Notes: generated by a model from the sequence alone, not told the origin. Positions 39,105-53,787 are shown, counted from the stretch's first letter. The stretch is DNA of 64,000 nt from Eledone cirrhosa (GCA_964016885.1 OZ024740.1:165478001-165542000), one strand, 5' to 3'. Program-made: numbers and translations.

Positions 39105-40008
39105 GTCCCTCCATGGAAAGCGGATGTTGAATGGCCAGAACCTATTACACAGATCCCTTATCTTGAAATATTAGTCAGTTTAGCGGAAGAGAATACAAAA
39201 TACAAACAACTAGAGCAGGTGTATGACTGGTTTCAGTAAGCTATACAGGCCTACAAGCCGTTGATATAGTTGTTGCTTCAGTTGTAGTTGTTATAACTAT
39301 AGGTGATGCGAAGGACAGCAGTGAATCTTTTGCTATAGGTCTGGATGATGGCGATAGCAATGATTAAAATATTAATGATGTTGGGCTTGGAGTTGGGGTG
39401 TTAGCATTGACGTGGCAGTGGTGGTTATGGTAATTGTGGTGGTGTTGATGGTGGTAATGCTTATAACATGGTGGTTTACTGGTATTGGTACTGGTAGTGG
39501 TTGTGGTTATGGTGGGTTGATAGCAACGATGGTTATTTGTGATAACGGTAGTGATAGGAGTGTTAATGTTTATAGCAGTTGCGGTATCGATGATCTTCCT
39601 GATATTAGTAATGATAATAGTGAATTCAGTTGTATGAGAATGTTATTAGTGTGACTGGTATTAAAGGTAATGGATTCCTACGTGTAGTTATGCGGAAACC
39701 CAATCAATCTAAACATGCCTACACATACACTGATCTGTACATGCACACACACACAGAATGAAACTCTACAGATACACCATCATATATTTTTACAATTATA
39801 TACATATACGTTTTTGATTTAATACAGATATATCTACAATGTGTGTTCCTGTGTGTGATGTATGTAAGGGTTCTTTGAAATTTATTTAAGCTTCTATGCA
39901 GAATTCGAGCAGAATTTAATTGATAAGGCTTCTTTGTTTAAATCACGATATATTTGGGCTTCTGATAATATGTGAGTGGGAGTTAATGCCTGTATGTATG
40001 TATGTATG

Positions 40009-40042
<34 letters not shown>

Positions 40043-40085
40043 TGTATGTATGTATGTATGTATGTATGTATGTATGTATGTATGT

Positions 40086-43000
40086 TTTCTCTTTCTCTTA
40101 ATTTCGAGTATATTTTTTTGACCGGCCACCTTCCTGGTGGCAAGGTTGTAAAAGAAAAGAAATTGTCATCCCTTGAATCGCAAGAATGTTATGCAAATTC
40201 TGAAGGTGCCAGCTATCGCAGCCATTTGTAGACTATGAATTAGGGAGCTGCGCTTTTTGTCCGCAAATCCAAGTTCAGTCATACTTTGGTCCAAGCGGGT
40301 TGGTATATAACCCGTAGCTCCAATAATGATGGGTATGAAGCTAAAGGTGTATCTTGGATACTGGATTTGTAAACTCCTCATCAATGCTCCGTAGATGTCC
40401 TCCTTCTCCTGTATTTTTCTGACAACGTTTACATCAAGTGGGCAGCTGATCTCCACAACAGAACACGTTTTCAATGTGTGGTCCCAAACAAAAATATCAG
40501 GCCGGTTGTGCTTTAATTTGGTGGCAGTTTTTATTTTCAGGTTCAACCAGTATTCCTTAGTGCCATCTGTCTCAATATATTCTTCCTCGTTTGTTGTTAA
40601 TTTTGTTTTCCGAAGTGCGTTCCAGATGGTTCTAGCTATCCCATCGTGTCTCATGGGGAGGTAGTAGCGAGATGACATTCTTTCGCAGCTGGCAACAATG
40701 TGGCTTACATCCTCGATCTTTGTTTTACATAGCCTACATTTATTGTCAGCTGCTGGCCCTCCTCTTTTGTGCAGCAGATATTTGGTAGGGAGTTCTTGTT
40801 CATGTATTGCATAGAGATATCCCTCAAGGTGTGATGTCATAAACTTGTCGGAACTCCATGCCAGGCTTTTTGAGTGTTTTATCCCCACTATGGTCTGTGT
40901 TTTACGCCTCAAGTATCCATGCACAACTTTTTCTGTAAATTGGTCAAATTTTTTATCTTGTTTGAACATTGAATAGGATCTTCCGATTTCTCTGGGTGAG
41001 AGATTTATATCAGGCTTTATTCCATATCTCTCCTCCAGATCAGTCGCTATTCTAATGATATTTTTTTTTTCATGCTCATAAACCTGGGCAAGATGGTTGC
41101 CAACCTTTTTCCTCTGTTGAAGGTGTTGCTTCAGTGTTACTATCCGAGTCTCATATGTTGTTAATATTTATTTTAGACCCCGGCCACCTTCCTTGCGTGA
41201 GAAGTATAGCCTATCCACATCACCATTGATGTTAAAGTTCCCAGTAACACTGAGAAGTTTTCGAGTTCTAACATCCATCTCACTTAGTTCTTGCAATGAC
41301 CAGTTCAGCAGGCCAAATGTTGGCGTTAGAATTGGCACAGCATAAGTATTGTGGGCAATGTATTTGTTGTATGCTGACAGTTCTGATGACCATATTTTCT
41401 TTACTCTTCTGAGGTATTCAGTTCTGGTTCTCTCCTTATTTATGGGTCCATCATATCTGACATTCTCATCCTGTCCAAGATATCTGTAGTTGTCACCTGA
41501 CTGCTGAGGTTGTATTGTCAGGCCGTTCATCTCTAGATTTCTAGAGAAGGGCACAGCTCTTCCACGTTTTACTGCCAAATATGCATACTTGGACTCACCA
41601 AATTTCATTTTGATGTCGGTTGAAAATTGTGTAATGAGGTCCAATTGTTTCTTGATGTCATTGATATTTGGCCCATACCACTTCAGGTCATCAAGAAAGA
41701 AAAGATGGGAGATACTTCTGGGCCCACTTCTTTGTCCACCTTGTTTCCTGAGTAGGTAAGATAGTGGATTCAGTGAGAGAACGAAGAGTAGTACTGACAA
41801 GCTATCACCCTGAAAGATGCCCTTCTGGTAATGTATCTTATCAGTCTTAACCTGCTCCTTCTCACCCCTAAGGATCAAATTGGTGTACCAGTTCTTGGTC
41901 AGGCGTTCAACAGCAGCTACCAATGGTTGTGGGACTTTAGCTAACTGTAAAGTCTTAATAATTCACCCATGAGGTACACTATCAAATGATTTTTGATAGT
42001 CCAGCCACACCACAGTCATGTTTCTGCGATTCTTTGTTGTTTTTTCCTGAATCATTTTGTTAGTTAGTAGGTGATCTATGCAACCCCACACCTCCCTCTT
42101 TCCACCAGCTTGCTCAGGTGTTATGATGTTGTTGGTAGCACAGTGATCCTGTAAGAACAGGTTAATGCACCCAGTATATAATTTATACATGATGTTTTGG
42201 CAGGCAATTGGGTGGTAATTTTTAGCAAGGGTGGTTTGGCTATTTTGGGGAATGAGGAGAGTAGTGGCAGTTGATAACCATCTGGGCAGTTCTTGTGTGC
42301 CCTTAATGGTTTCTGTAAACAGTCGTATGCGATCTTACCGATAGAAAGTGAAATTCTTCAACCAGTATCCTGTTATGAGGTCTGGACCTGGCGATTTCCT
42401 ATTCGACATTTTCTGTAGAGTTGTTTCCAGTATTGACCCATCTATGTCATATTGTTTTGTCTGAAAATGTTGGCAGTAGTCCTGTTCCAGTTCTTTTAGC
42501 CAATTAACTTGTCTGATGAATCCGTCATCCGTTTCCCATACAGATCTCCAGTAGCTCTCAACCTGTTCTTTTGAAGGGGTGTCGTTTACAGGGATTAAGC
42601 TTTTGCCACCGAAGCTGCGATAAACTGATTTAGGATCTCTGGCAAACAATCTATTTAGCACTTGTCGTTTATGTGCTGTTGACTTATAGTTTAGTCTTTC
42701 TGTTGTAGCTGTGAGTTGTTGTTTCAACTGGTGTAATTTGGAGTTCAAAGTTTTAAATTTTGTATCTACAAATCGTCTCTCTAACTTTTTCTTTAGGTCT
42801 TCCTGATGTCGTGTGAAATTGCTCTCTATGTTGCATTTCATAACGACTGCGATGTGTGACATACTTCGTCTCAGGGACAACATTTTGGTTTTTAAATTTC
42901 GCATCCACGCTGGTTCAGGCTTTCTGTTTGTATCTTGATTGCGTGGTTTTAGATGTGTGTTATATGATAGCAATGTGACAGCTGAAACATATAACAAAAC

Positions 43001-44303
43001 ATTAAGCGTTTCAAATGTCGTTTCTCCACCTTTAGATCGTATAGCCATCAGATAATTGCCAGCTATTTCGTTCACCGCTTCCAATTCCAATTTAGTGGGT
43101 TCTTTACTGACTCTAGTGTTGTATGGTCTATCACTCACATTAAGGCTGTGTATCTCTTGAAACATATCTTTCCATATCACTTGTAGGGTGTCCACAAGTT
43201 TTTGGTGCTTCTGTTTCTTTAGTAGAGTCATGAATTTCAGCCTCGTTGTTGATGTGGTGACAATTACTACTAGAGTTAGCTGACCTTTCTCGCTGTTCTT
43301 CAGTGGAAGTGGGATGGATTTCAGCAAAATTGTTGGTGAGCTGTTCACTGTTAGATTTAGCTGGCCATTCTCTTTGTCTGTCAGTGGAGGTGGGGTGGTT
43401 GTCTACAAGGGCTGTATTTGTAGTATCACTCAATCCGTTAGATGTATCAATTTACATCTAATGATACGTTTTGCTTGTTCATGTAAATGCTTTGGAGAAA
43501 AGTCTAATTCTGGGTGTTTGGAGTTCCATAAAGTTTTTAGCCTTTGCATAAAACCGAACTTTTGGGGTTCAGATTATTTGTATGCTTCATATATTACTTT
43601 GTTAAGCTCGTAGCTCCACTGTGTACAACGGTTGTAGTTGCGATTTGGTCGAAGGAGACTTGTACTTTTTGCCATGATGAGTTCGTCTATTCACTAATAT
43701 TTCGTATTTATTTTTCAAAATAGTCGATGATCTTCTTTAAAAGTTTCGACAAAGTTCTGTCAGAATCAAATTTAAAGTTATTCACAGCTTGGGTAATATT
43801 TCTTTTCAGTTAGTTTTTAATTCTACAACTGTGTTTTAAACGTTGTTCTTGAATCGTTTGAATCGAGAACAAAAAGAACCGTTACTTAGTATATTCCTTT
43901 ATGAATGTAATATAATATAACAACGCTGTATTTATATGTTAAAGTTTATGTATCATTCATATAAATAGGTGTTCTACAACTTATTCACAACATATTCACA
44001 GTTCAAACACTTATGTTTTTGTTTCTGAATCGAAAACGTTACTTGCATATTTCTTTATAAATGTAATCGAAAACGTTACTTGTATATTTCTTTATAAATG
44101 CATTTATATGTTAAAGTGTATGTATCGTTCATATAAATAGGTGTTTTACAACACACTTACAGTTCAAACACTTATGTAGAATTATTGTATGTAATCTTAC
44201 CGCGTAATGTAGCTCAACTTTTTCCAATATATGGTATGTTGCCTTCATGTAAGCCGTAATTACACACGTCCGATTATCGGACACTGACCACAACGGTCGT
44301 CAT
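40086..44303 (-). mobile_element. R4/Dong-like non-LTR retrotransposon (RT plus restriction-like endonuclease), near full length, in (TATG)n
   Basis: (TATG)n at 39990-40085 and 44304-44356; single disrupted ORF; 5' UTR with an internal duplication at ~43860-44180. Confidence 0.9.
40166..43675 (-). pseudogene. R4/Dong-like ORF: N-terminal Myb-like region, RT, CCHC knuckle, PD-(D/E)xK endonuclease; several stops and frameshifts
   Basis: KSPGPDLITGYWLK, WLDYQKSFDSVPH, GIFQGDSLS, FFLDDLK, YRYLG, GGRGL, CRLC...H...C, RHD, NRPDI...VEISCP. Confidence 0.9.
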
Positions 44304-44354
44304 TATGTATGTATGTATGTATGTATGTATGTATGTATGTAGGTAGGTAGGTAT

Positions 44355-44930
44355 GTATCCCAGTACAACCTGTCTCATGGACGGGTCGTTGGCGACTAAA
44401 CTGGCAACCCCACCAAGGTTTCTTGGTGAGGAGGGTGACTTTGGATATCCTGCAGGACTAAAAACAAAACCTGTCAAAGGACAAAGGAACTCTTAAGAGT
44501 CAATGGCCATCCAAAATCACCGGGAGAGATGGCCCCTTAGCCTTTGTCAAGGCAGAATTCTAGGAGAAAAAAAACTCTGATATAACACCTGCAACCCTGA
44601 TGGTATCCAATGTTGTTGACTTGTTCTTCTTTTTGGTAAATATCATCTTGGTTAAGAGAGTGGGACTGGCTTTGTGCAGTGCCTTTGCTCACTATAAAAG
44701 CTTCACGGCACAGGCATTGCTTTATATCTGGAGATCTCTCTGCACTTGGCGTCACATGGTACCATGGGCCCAGCACTATGTGTCAATAATTGTCACAAGT
44801 GTAGTGTTTGTACCAGAGTTTTCAAGTCACTGGCTGGACTAAAAAGTCACACTCGTTCAGCGCATCGGTAAGGGTTATCCTACATGGATATAAAGTAGTG
44901 GCCGTACTCGAAAACGAGTTGGCAGCCACC
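44355..44930 (+). mobile_element. ~580-bp non-autonomous retro-repeat with an RTE-like 5' UTR motif and (ATGT)n tail
   Basis: Second copy at 53066-53658; CTAGGAGAA..AAAACTCTGA motif resembles RTE 5' UTRs. Confidence 0.65.
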
Positions 44931-44975
44931 ATGTATGTATGTATGAAGGTATGTATGTGTGTATGTATGTATGTA

Positions 44976-45066
<91 letters not shown>

Positions 45067-45563
45067 ATATTAATATGTTTAATACGTACATAACAACGAA
45101 ATTGAATTCAAAGGATATCTATTACGAAACTGACCAGCCAGTTCCATCGTTGAAACAAACGATTGAAACTTAATTTGTCTCACCTGATCCACAACGCTAC
45201 TATGTAATTTTGAAACAAAAAATATCTTACAGTGTACAAATACTGCTGCATTTTTATGCTGTCTTATATATTAGTTAAATATTGACAGTACAAGGGAATA
45301 TCCATTTGACAAATTTAAAGGAGTCGTTGTGGCGGAATGATTATGTATCTATCGTTATTTGCAATGATTGAAGCCAAAGCAATTTCGGTGACTTCCTCTA
45401 ATGTCGGAAACAACTCTGCGCATTTGTATTTTCTTTTATATAGATTGGCTTCGTTTTCTATCTGGCCTTACATAGTGACTTTATATCGTCAAATGACACA
45501 AATTTGATGCTAACAAGTATATTCAATGACTCAGAGAAGTACACAACACATAACTCGAAATAT

Positions 45564-45613
<50 letters not shown>

Positions 45614-46624
45614 GTTCAATCATAGGCACATGAAGGGGATAATAATGTAAAAATATATATACAAGTATCAAATTCATGATAGAATTCATTAGAACAACGG
45701 ATCAGTGTCCACTGGTTCGATCACCTAAACCCCTTAATACGTGTGTCATGTTTCTAGTTGAGTATTCTACAGAAACATGTACCATTATTAGAATTTAAAT
45801 TACAAACACAGTATATAAGACGAACGTTCTTGCAGTTTTCGGCTATTTAATTTCACTCGCAAAACTTGTGCTGATCGAAAGCTATGGTAAAACGAGAACC
45901 CTGGTACCACAAGATCACGTCCACAATGATTGCATCTATGACCATATATACACACACGCTCGCACAAAATATATTTATATGTTTCATATGAATGAGATCT
46001 CAACACAAATGTATGCTACCTAACTGCACCTAGCTGAGAATATAGACATTCTAAATTTGCTGTCCACTGAGAAATATCGAAATACTAAAGCAATGTTCAG
46101 ACGATGCCCCCATATGAGGTCCCACCTCCACTCAACATTGAGGAATAGAAGCCCAGTCATACAAAATAAACTTACCAGTCACTCAATGGGGTCAATTTAA
46201 TCGACTTTCCCCTCCCCCAAAATTGCTGGCATTGATCCTATATTAGAAACAATTATATTAGGACCGTCATAGTGTACAAACCTGTTTTATGTATGTACAT
46301 ATCAAACTACCCCCAAATACAGTTATACGCAATAGGCTACATAAATGAATTACACACAAATAATACATACAACATCTTATTCATATATATTTTGACTATG
46401 TGCGTTACATAGAGCACTTTGTTTTCCTTGATCTATTCTTCGGAAACTCTTGTCACGTGCCTGCTTCAGTACCGACTCAATAAATGTCACTTATGTTGGA
46501 GAAAGATCCGGAAATACTAATATTTACTGTTTCCACCGGGTTACGGACTTAACTTTGATATTATCACAAATGAAAATACCCACACCGAGACTTATGTACG
46601 TTTATTAGGTATAGTCATTGTGTC

Positions 46625-47230
46625 ACTCACTCACACACGAGTTGGGTTTCCTCAATCCAATGAATAGTACTCTTTACGTTTGTCTCAATTAGCATTTTCA
46701 CTTTTAGATCCGTTAAATTTCCTCCTCTGTCAACACATAGCATATCCAGATACGTTGTTGCAGGACGATCTCTACTTCTATGACCGTACGAAGGTTTCCA
46801 TAAAAGAACACGGCTGACACACTCCTTTTTTGCCCTGCACCAATGTCCCAAAAACGTATTCTTCTTAGACAAACAATATCCGACGCGGGAGGACTATCCA
46901 GATTAGGATTATTTTCTAAGTATCTCCATTTGTGACTCTCTGTTACCAAGATATGTTGAAAGCATGTCTCAGGAGCCCTGTGTAACATCCATTTAATCTT
47001 TTTTCGAGGAATTTATTAAGCATCCATGCTTCTAACTCGTAGGGTCACACACTTTTACCGTGCGTTTGAACAAAATACGGTGTAGTCTCCTCAAGAGAGA
47101 TGATTGCCATATTTTGTTAAGTTTGTTTATGGCCGACCATGTTAAGGGTTTACTAATGTTGATTTCTTTTTCTGTTGACGAGATGTTTGAAATCAGAAAC
47201 ATCTTTAATAGTTTCGCCATTTGAAGCGCT
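46625..47230 (-). pseudogene. Degraded RTE-clade LINE C-terminal region
   Basis: SSTEKEINI....WSAINKLNKIWQS, RRIRF, GHWCRAKKECVSRVLLWKPSYGHRSRDRPATTYLDML. Confidence 0.8.
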
Positions 47231-47571
47231 CAGCTGACCATGTGTATTAAGACATTGTGTACATGCAATCTAATACGACTTTATTTTAAATCACGCTGTG
47301 ATAGTGCTAATACTAATTAATATTAGCCCAACAAACTCGATCGATCCTTTCATATACATATTTTCTCATTTTTTCTTCTCTTTACGTTGCCTCATCATTC
47401 GTATTTGTTTACCTGTCTTTCTTTCTCCACCCAACTCTTTTTATCCCAATAACTTAATTTAGTTATTGCATTGCCCCAGACGGAGGTATATGGTCTGTAA
47501 TGCGAAGAAATACCTATGATGGCTAGTATACCACTGATGCGGGATAGTCCTGGCTTCCATTTCTAATTATT

Positions 47572-47608
<37 letters not shown>

Positions 47609-48136
47609 AGTTATTAGTATATATGCCACATTAGCGAGTGTGTAAACCTTCCTGATGATCTGTTACATTCAACTATCTGGGTTCGAAACGGTGACCTACG
47701 ATTTTGAACATACATACATTTATATACATATATACATATATACATACATATATATATATATACATACATACTTGCATGCATGCATGGAGGGAGCCAACGT
47801 GAGACTGAGCATGACCATTTCAAAGACTCAAAAAATATACATATAAATTTCATATGGCTCATCAGACAAGCATGGGACTTGCACGCCATACCACGACGCC
47901 CGTATGGATTTATAGCCGAAGAAATTTGCTAGTGTGTCCTTAGGTCAGATACTAGTGAGAGCTTAAAAGGCACTTTTTAAGCATTTCATGGTGTATGATA
48001 CCAAAGCTAATAACTGCTCATAAGATTTACAGGTGAACAGTGACTGAAAAGGGAAGAAAAAACTAAAAAGTAAGATTTTTAAAAAGTGTATAAACATCGG
48101 ATAAAACAATCATACATTCCCAGTATTATTATTCAC

Positions 48137-48320
48137 GGTGGATTGGCAGTATCGGTAGATAGTCGGACGCCATGCTTTCCAGCATAGTTACGTCCCTTTA
48201 CGATCTGAGTTCAAATCCCGCCGAGGTTGACTTTGCCTTTCATCCTTACGGGGTCGATAAAATAAAGTACCAGTAATGCACTGGGTAATTGCTGGCCTTG
48301 TGCCTAAAATAGAAACAATT
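48137..48320 (+). mobile_element. tRNA-derived SINE, full length
   Basis: A-box TGGCAGTATCGG and B-box GAGTTCAAATCC; ATTATTATTCAC repeated on both flanks as a likely TSD. Confidence 0.88.
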
Positions 48321-48934
48321 ATTATTCACTTGGATTGAAGGATAATGGCTCATCGTGAACTGCACCTATCTTGTTGGCTCGGCTGTACAAGTGTGTTCAT
48401 GAATGATACACTAACTCAGTATCTTAGTTATCTTATACTTAGAAAATAATCCTAAATATTGAACAAGTAACATGTTTTAATTAGAGATCATCTTGTCATA
48501 TTTCTCTAGTAAAGCATTCGAATAGAATAATATTCTATATTGATTCTGCTACTCATAACACGAATACTTATATAACTAGAATTTTTTTAAAATGCAATCA
48601 TTAAATCGTATAACCTACCATTTAACATAAACGTAAATAATGCAGTAAGTAAACCTTCTTCAACTAACTTAGAAAGCACTCCCACCTGGAAATGGAAACT
48701 ATAATGTTATTTTTGTTTTTTTCTTATTTTCTTAAATGGGATATAAATTTTTTCTGATACAAGCTTCCCAGTACATGACATTACGTCGGTAGACTAAATT
48801 TTTTAGGTCTTATTTTGTCTTGGTAGTTAATTTGACTATCAATGATTTATTTACAGGTTGATGCCACCCGAGAAATTTTGATTACGTGTTGGGGCAATCA
48901 ACGGTCTTACATATATAGCTACATACTCTCTCTT

Positions 48935-48988
<54 letters not shown>

Positions 48989-49401
48989 TTGACAGTTGAA
49001 CGTTCCGATCAATAAGAACCCGGACCCACGAGAATGCAAATCAAATTTCTTAATCAATAATTTAAACGCTGACAATTCTTACATTTTAACCTGTGGAAAA
49101 CTCAAGGTGAATATGATGTTGAAACAATAATTCAAATGCTTCTACTTTAACAGGAAGTTACCATCCGTCATGATGTTTCCAGGCAATATTACATCCGGTT
49201 GGTTTCCTTGGCTTCTGTAGTTGTGTCAAGATTGTTCTATTTTTGAATCGTTGCTGATTCATCCAGGTTCTGAACGATATAAATTTGCTTGGTTAATTGT
49301 ATCTGGAACTCGGATCTATTATTCTTTCCTCGCGACAATTAATTTCTAGTCTGTTATATATTCAACGGAAAACATGTCAGACCCATTCTTTCAGCATAAG
49401 T

Positions 49402-49444
<43 letters not shown>

Positions 49445-49766
49445 ACGACACTCTGATCAAATTTCTACGAAGATTTCAAGGTATGCATATATATATACAC
49501 ACACACACATGTATATATATATATATATATATATTTGAATGCATGTATATAATGCACAAAATTAAACGCGAAGTTACACATACTCTCACTTAGTTCTTTC
49601 TCTGTTTTCATATTCTTTTTCTAACCCTCTCACATTCGCTTTCTCTCAATCTCCTTCTCTCTATATATATCTAACACACTCATAAACAACCCGCACATAG
49701 ACACTTGTGCATTTACACATAGGCATTCACGTTATAGATACATATCTACTCTTTATTGTATTTGTG

Positions 49767-49848
<82 letters not shown>

Positions 49849-51769
49849 TGTATGTGTGTATGTATGTGTTTGTGCGTGTGTGAATATGTGTCTCTGTGTA
49901 TGTATATATGTGTATGTGTTCGTGCCCATGTGTGCCTGTGCGTGAGTCTGTGTGTGTGTTGGGCATATTAACACACCAACGTTCCTTCAGTGTATCTCCT
50001 ACTTCATTCCACTTATATTCTAAAGACGAACATCCCAATATAAGCTTGGGCCTTATGAAATGCCGTTCCTCTGGCATTATTTCAAATATAGCTGGGTCCA
50101 TACGATAATACTTCAGTTAGTGAAGCTAAAGCAGTTTAACGCCGTCTGCAAATCTAACAATAAATTGCTCCAGTATCGTAATAATCTTTTGATTTTGCTG
50201 TCAAATTCAATAATAATTTGGTAAATTTCCCGACAATCTAACAACATTTTAAAACGAATGCTAGTAATAATTTCATGCCCATCCTAGCAGAGTGCTTAAT
50301 GTAAGTGACAGCTATATTAATTATTTCCTGGATAAATGCTATTCTATTATATAATATATTGCTTGTCTTTGTTAAAGCTAACTGCTATTTGCACAAACTA
50401 CTAACTCTGTCCGCCATGTTTGCTTCAAAGTCTCTTCTACAAGTTGTGCGAAACTGTAAATGCTTACAAACATGCACATATAGATATATATATTCATAAA
50501 CACACGAAATTTCATTTTGTTACAGTATTTTGAAATTATATTGTCTGATATTGTTTACGTTGAAATATGCATTGAATATTTAAAGGGATTAACTGATAAG
50601 ACTGCTTTTGGTACATTCTTAATTTCTTAAATTTATTTAAATAATAGTCATTTTTTAATTTTATTTTCAAAGAAAACTCAAAATTGGTGAGGATTAAAAA
50701 AATTAGTAGATCTTGTGGCTTTTAGTTATGTCTTTCCACATACCACCGAATTCCTCATTGTCTTTCTACCTTTTGAGATCGATGCATTGTTCCGCATACT
50801 CTGGCCAGATCGTCGGTATGAGGGCCAGACGTCTCTTCCCCATGAGCTTTGCAAATGATCAAAGGCAGTGTCTTTCACCCCGTGACCAAATCGGAGATGA
50901 AGTAGTGTAAGCACTGTGGTATTGTCAAACATTTAGTAAGTCGTCACAAATCTGGACACACTCAAAATAATGTATATTCTACAAGCTATTACATTAATAG
51001 TATTAGTTCCCTTGATTCGTTTTTCGGTAGTTAAAATTACCACCGAACATATAAGTACCCACGTGAACACATGCCCGTACAAACAAACACAAGTCAACTC
51101 TCCTGATTAAAAATTTAATAATTTTCATTAGAAGCAGTATTACAATAATTCAGGGGAAAGAAATTATCAATTCAAATGTATCCAAATACCAGGCGTATAT
51201 ACACACAACGGTATAGAAACAGTCGGAATTTTACCATCTTTATGTAAATTATTTTACTTGCTTTCCGATCTGAGAGTGAGATAGAAGGCCCTGTTTTTTG
51301 ACGGAGAGATAGATTCTACCACCACCGAAAACTTGAACATCAGTAGCTAGAACAACATTCCCTAAGTAACATAGTTCCTTCCAAAAAACCCTCATAAAGG
51401 TTATTAAGAAATTTAGATCGTCAAATAATGTATTTTGAAAATGTTATCTACAGGCAGATTTCAAGCCTGATTTGTTGCAAATATAAAGATCTCTACGATT
51501 CAGAGGAAGAATTAGTCGAGGGATAACCACTTCCCTTTACATATATTTGTCCACTTACCCGAATGAAGGGCCAATTTAAAAGTTTCCTCTCCAATATAGA
51601 GTGGTGGTCATGACTGGACTCCAAAACCAATGATAGCACATACATTTTAAGTGTATGAAACTTTGTTTATACTAAATAAGTTCTCTTCCAGCAGACTGAG
51701 CATTGTTTTCCTTGATCTTTCATCTACAGATTTCTACTATCCTATATATATATATATATATATAATTTT

Positions 51770-52345
51770 AATATTGATGAGATTCTACAGGAGTAGAACT
51801 GTTTCATTCTTTAGAAATCATCAGGTATTTGGCTCTCCAAAATAAATGTTTTGGTATTTATATCTTTTCTGGTGGTAGGAGAGGATGGGGAGAGGGATTG
51901 GTGGAGGTCATTGGTTGAAAGAAAAGGGAATTCATTAAAAGCTAATTCTTTAAGGCTATAATTTATATTTAGAGTGACAAAGGCAGAAAGAATTCTAAGT
52001 TCAAATTGGGGTGCCACTCCTTATTTTTAAGTTTCTCTTAAGCGAACAATGCCTATATTTCAGGTGTCTATAAGATGGTTGGTGGTCGGTCTTGTTTTGT
52101 GGATTTAAAGAAAAGGGAAATTCTTTAAAAGCTAATTCTTTAAAGCTCTAGTTAGAGTGACAAAGGCCAAGAGAATTCTATAAACCAGTTCAAATATTGG
52201 GTGCCTATCATTATTGTCATGTTTCTCTTAAGCTATATTACAGGTGTCAACAGACACATTCACATACTCACAGACATATATATATATATATTTTAATATA
52301 GATGAGATTCTACAGGACTAGAACTGTTTCATTCTTTAGAAATCA
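51770..52345 (-). repeat. Non-coding repeat with internal direct duplications
   Basis: 51777-51820 resembles 52301-52345, and 51920-52070 resembles 52110-52250. Confidence 0.6.
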
Positions 52346-52409
52346 TGCTATGTATTAAGTACCTTACTTACTGTGGTTACCTCCGACTCAACCCGGAATA
52401 GAAAACTTA

Positions 52410-52479
<70 letters not shown>

Positions 52480-52598
52480 ATACACACATATACAAACACA
52501 TCTACACATATACACATAAACATAAATACACAAACACAAATATATATATATATATATATACATATATACACACATATACACACACACATACATACATG

Positions 52599-52632
<34 letters not shown>

Positions 52633-52645
52633 CATATATACACAC

Positions 52646-52678
<33 letters not shown>

Positions 52679-52711
52679 CACTAATATACTTATACACACA
52701 CATATACATAC

Positions 52712-52760
<49 letters not shown>

Positions 52761-52765
52761 TATAT

Positions 52766-52796
<31 letters not shown>

Positions 52797-52975
52797 AGTT
52801 CCCTGTGTCCACGCATCGCCTGGGAACTTAGCTGAGAATTGACTTCCTGATGACGAAAGGCATTCTCCATGTTGTTCCATTCGGAAACCATGTTTATTCC
52901 CTTTCAGAAACTAATTAGTTGGAGTGAAGTTTTAGTAAGTAAGTTACTTTTTATAATTTTTCTTATTTTACGTCC

Positions 52976-53047
<72 letters not shown>

Positions 53048-53065
53048 TACATACATACATATACA

Positions 53066-53658
53066 TGGGGGCTGCCAACTCGTTTTCGAGTACGGCACTA
53101 CTTTATATCCATGTAGGAGAACCCCTACCGATGCGCTGAACGAGTGTGACATTTTAGACCAGCCAACGACTTGAAAACTCTGGTACAACACTACACTTGT
53201 GACAATTATTGACACATAGTGCAGGGCCCATGGTACCATGTGATGACAAGTGCAGAGAGATCTCCAGATATAAAGCAATGCCTGTGCCGTGAAGCTTTTA
53301 AAGTGAGCAAAGGCACTGCACAAAACCGGTCCCTTTCTCTTAACCAAGATGATATTTACCAAAAAGAAGAACAAGTCAACGTCATTGAATACAATCAGAG
53401 TGGTAGGTGTTATATCAGAGTTTTCCTTCTCCTAGAATTCTCCCTTGACAAAGGCTAAGGGGTCATCTCTCCCGGTGATTTTGGATGGCCATTGACTCTT
53501 AAGAGCTCCTTTTCCCTTTGACAGGTTTTGTTTTTAGTCCTGCAGGATGTCCAAAGTCACCCTCCTCACCAGTTGGTGCTACTGGTCATCAGCTGGTGCT
53601 ACTGGTTACATGTATCCCAGTACAACCTGTCTCATGGTCGGGTCGTTGGCGACTAAAC
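53066..53658 (-). mobile_element. Second copy of the 44355-44930 repeat with an inverted 5' segment
   Basis: 53066-53570 is the reverse complement of ~44423-44930, while 53612-53658 is in the same orientation as 44355-44401. Confidence 0.75.
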
Positions 53659-53787
53659 ATACACATACATACACACACGCATACATACATGTATACATAT
53701 ATACACATATATACACATATATACACATATACACACATATATATATACATATATATATATACACATACACATATATATACACACATT

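Noticed and set aside
39250-39660. 80-aa hydrophobic ORF at 39412-39654
   Set aside because: It lies in degenerate (GGT/GAT)n low-complexity sequence.
44198-44270. Twister-like string TAA-TGT-AGC...AAGCCG...ACA on the plus strand
   Set aside because: It lacks the P4 5' strand and the conserved GAG after P2, and it is antisense to the element.
48137-48225. tRNA gene
   Set aside because: The A and B boxes belong to a SINE head; the spacing is extended and no cloverleaf forms.
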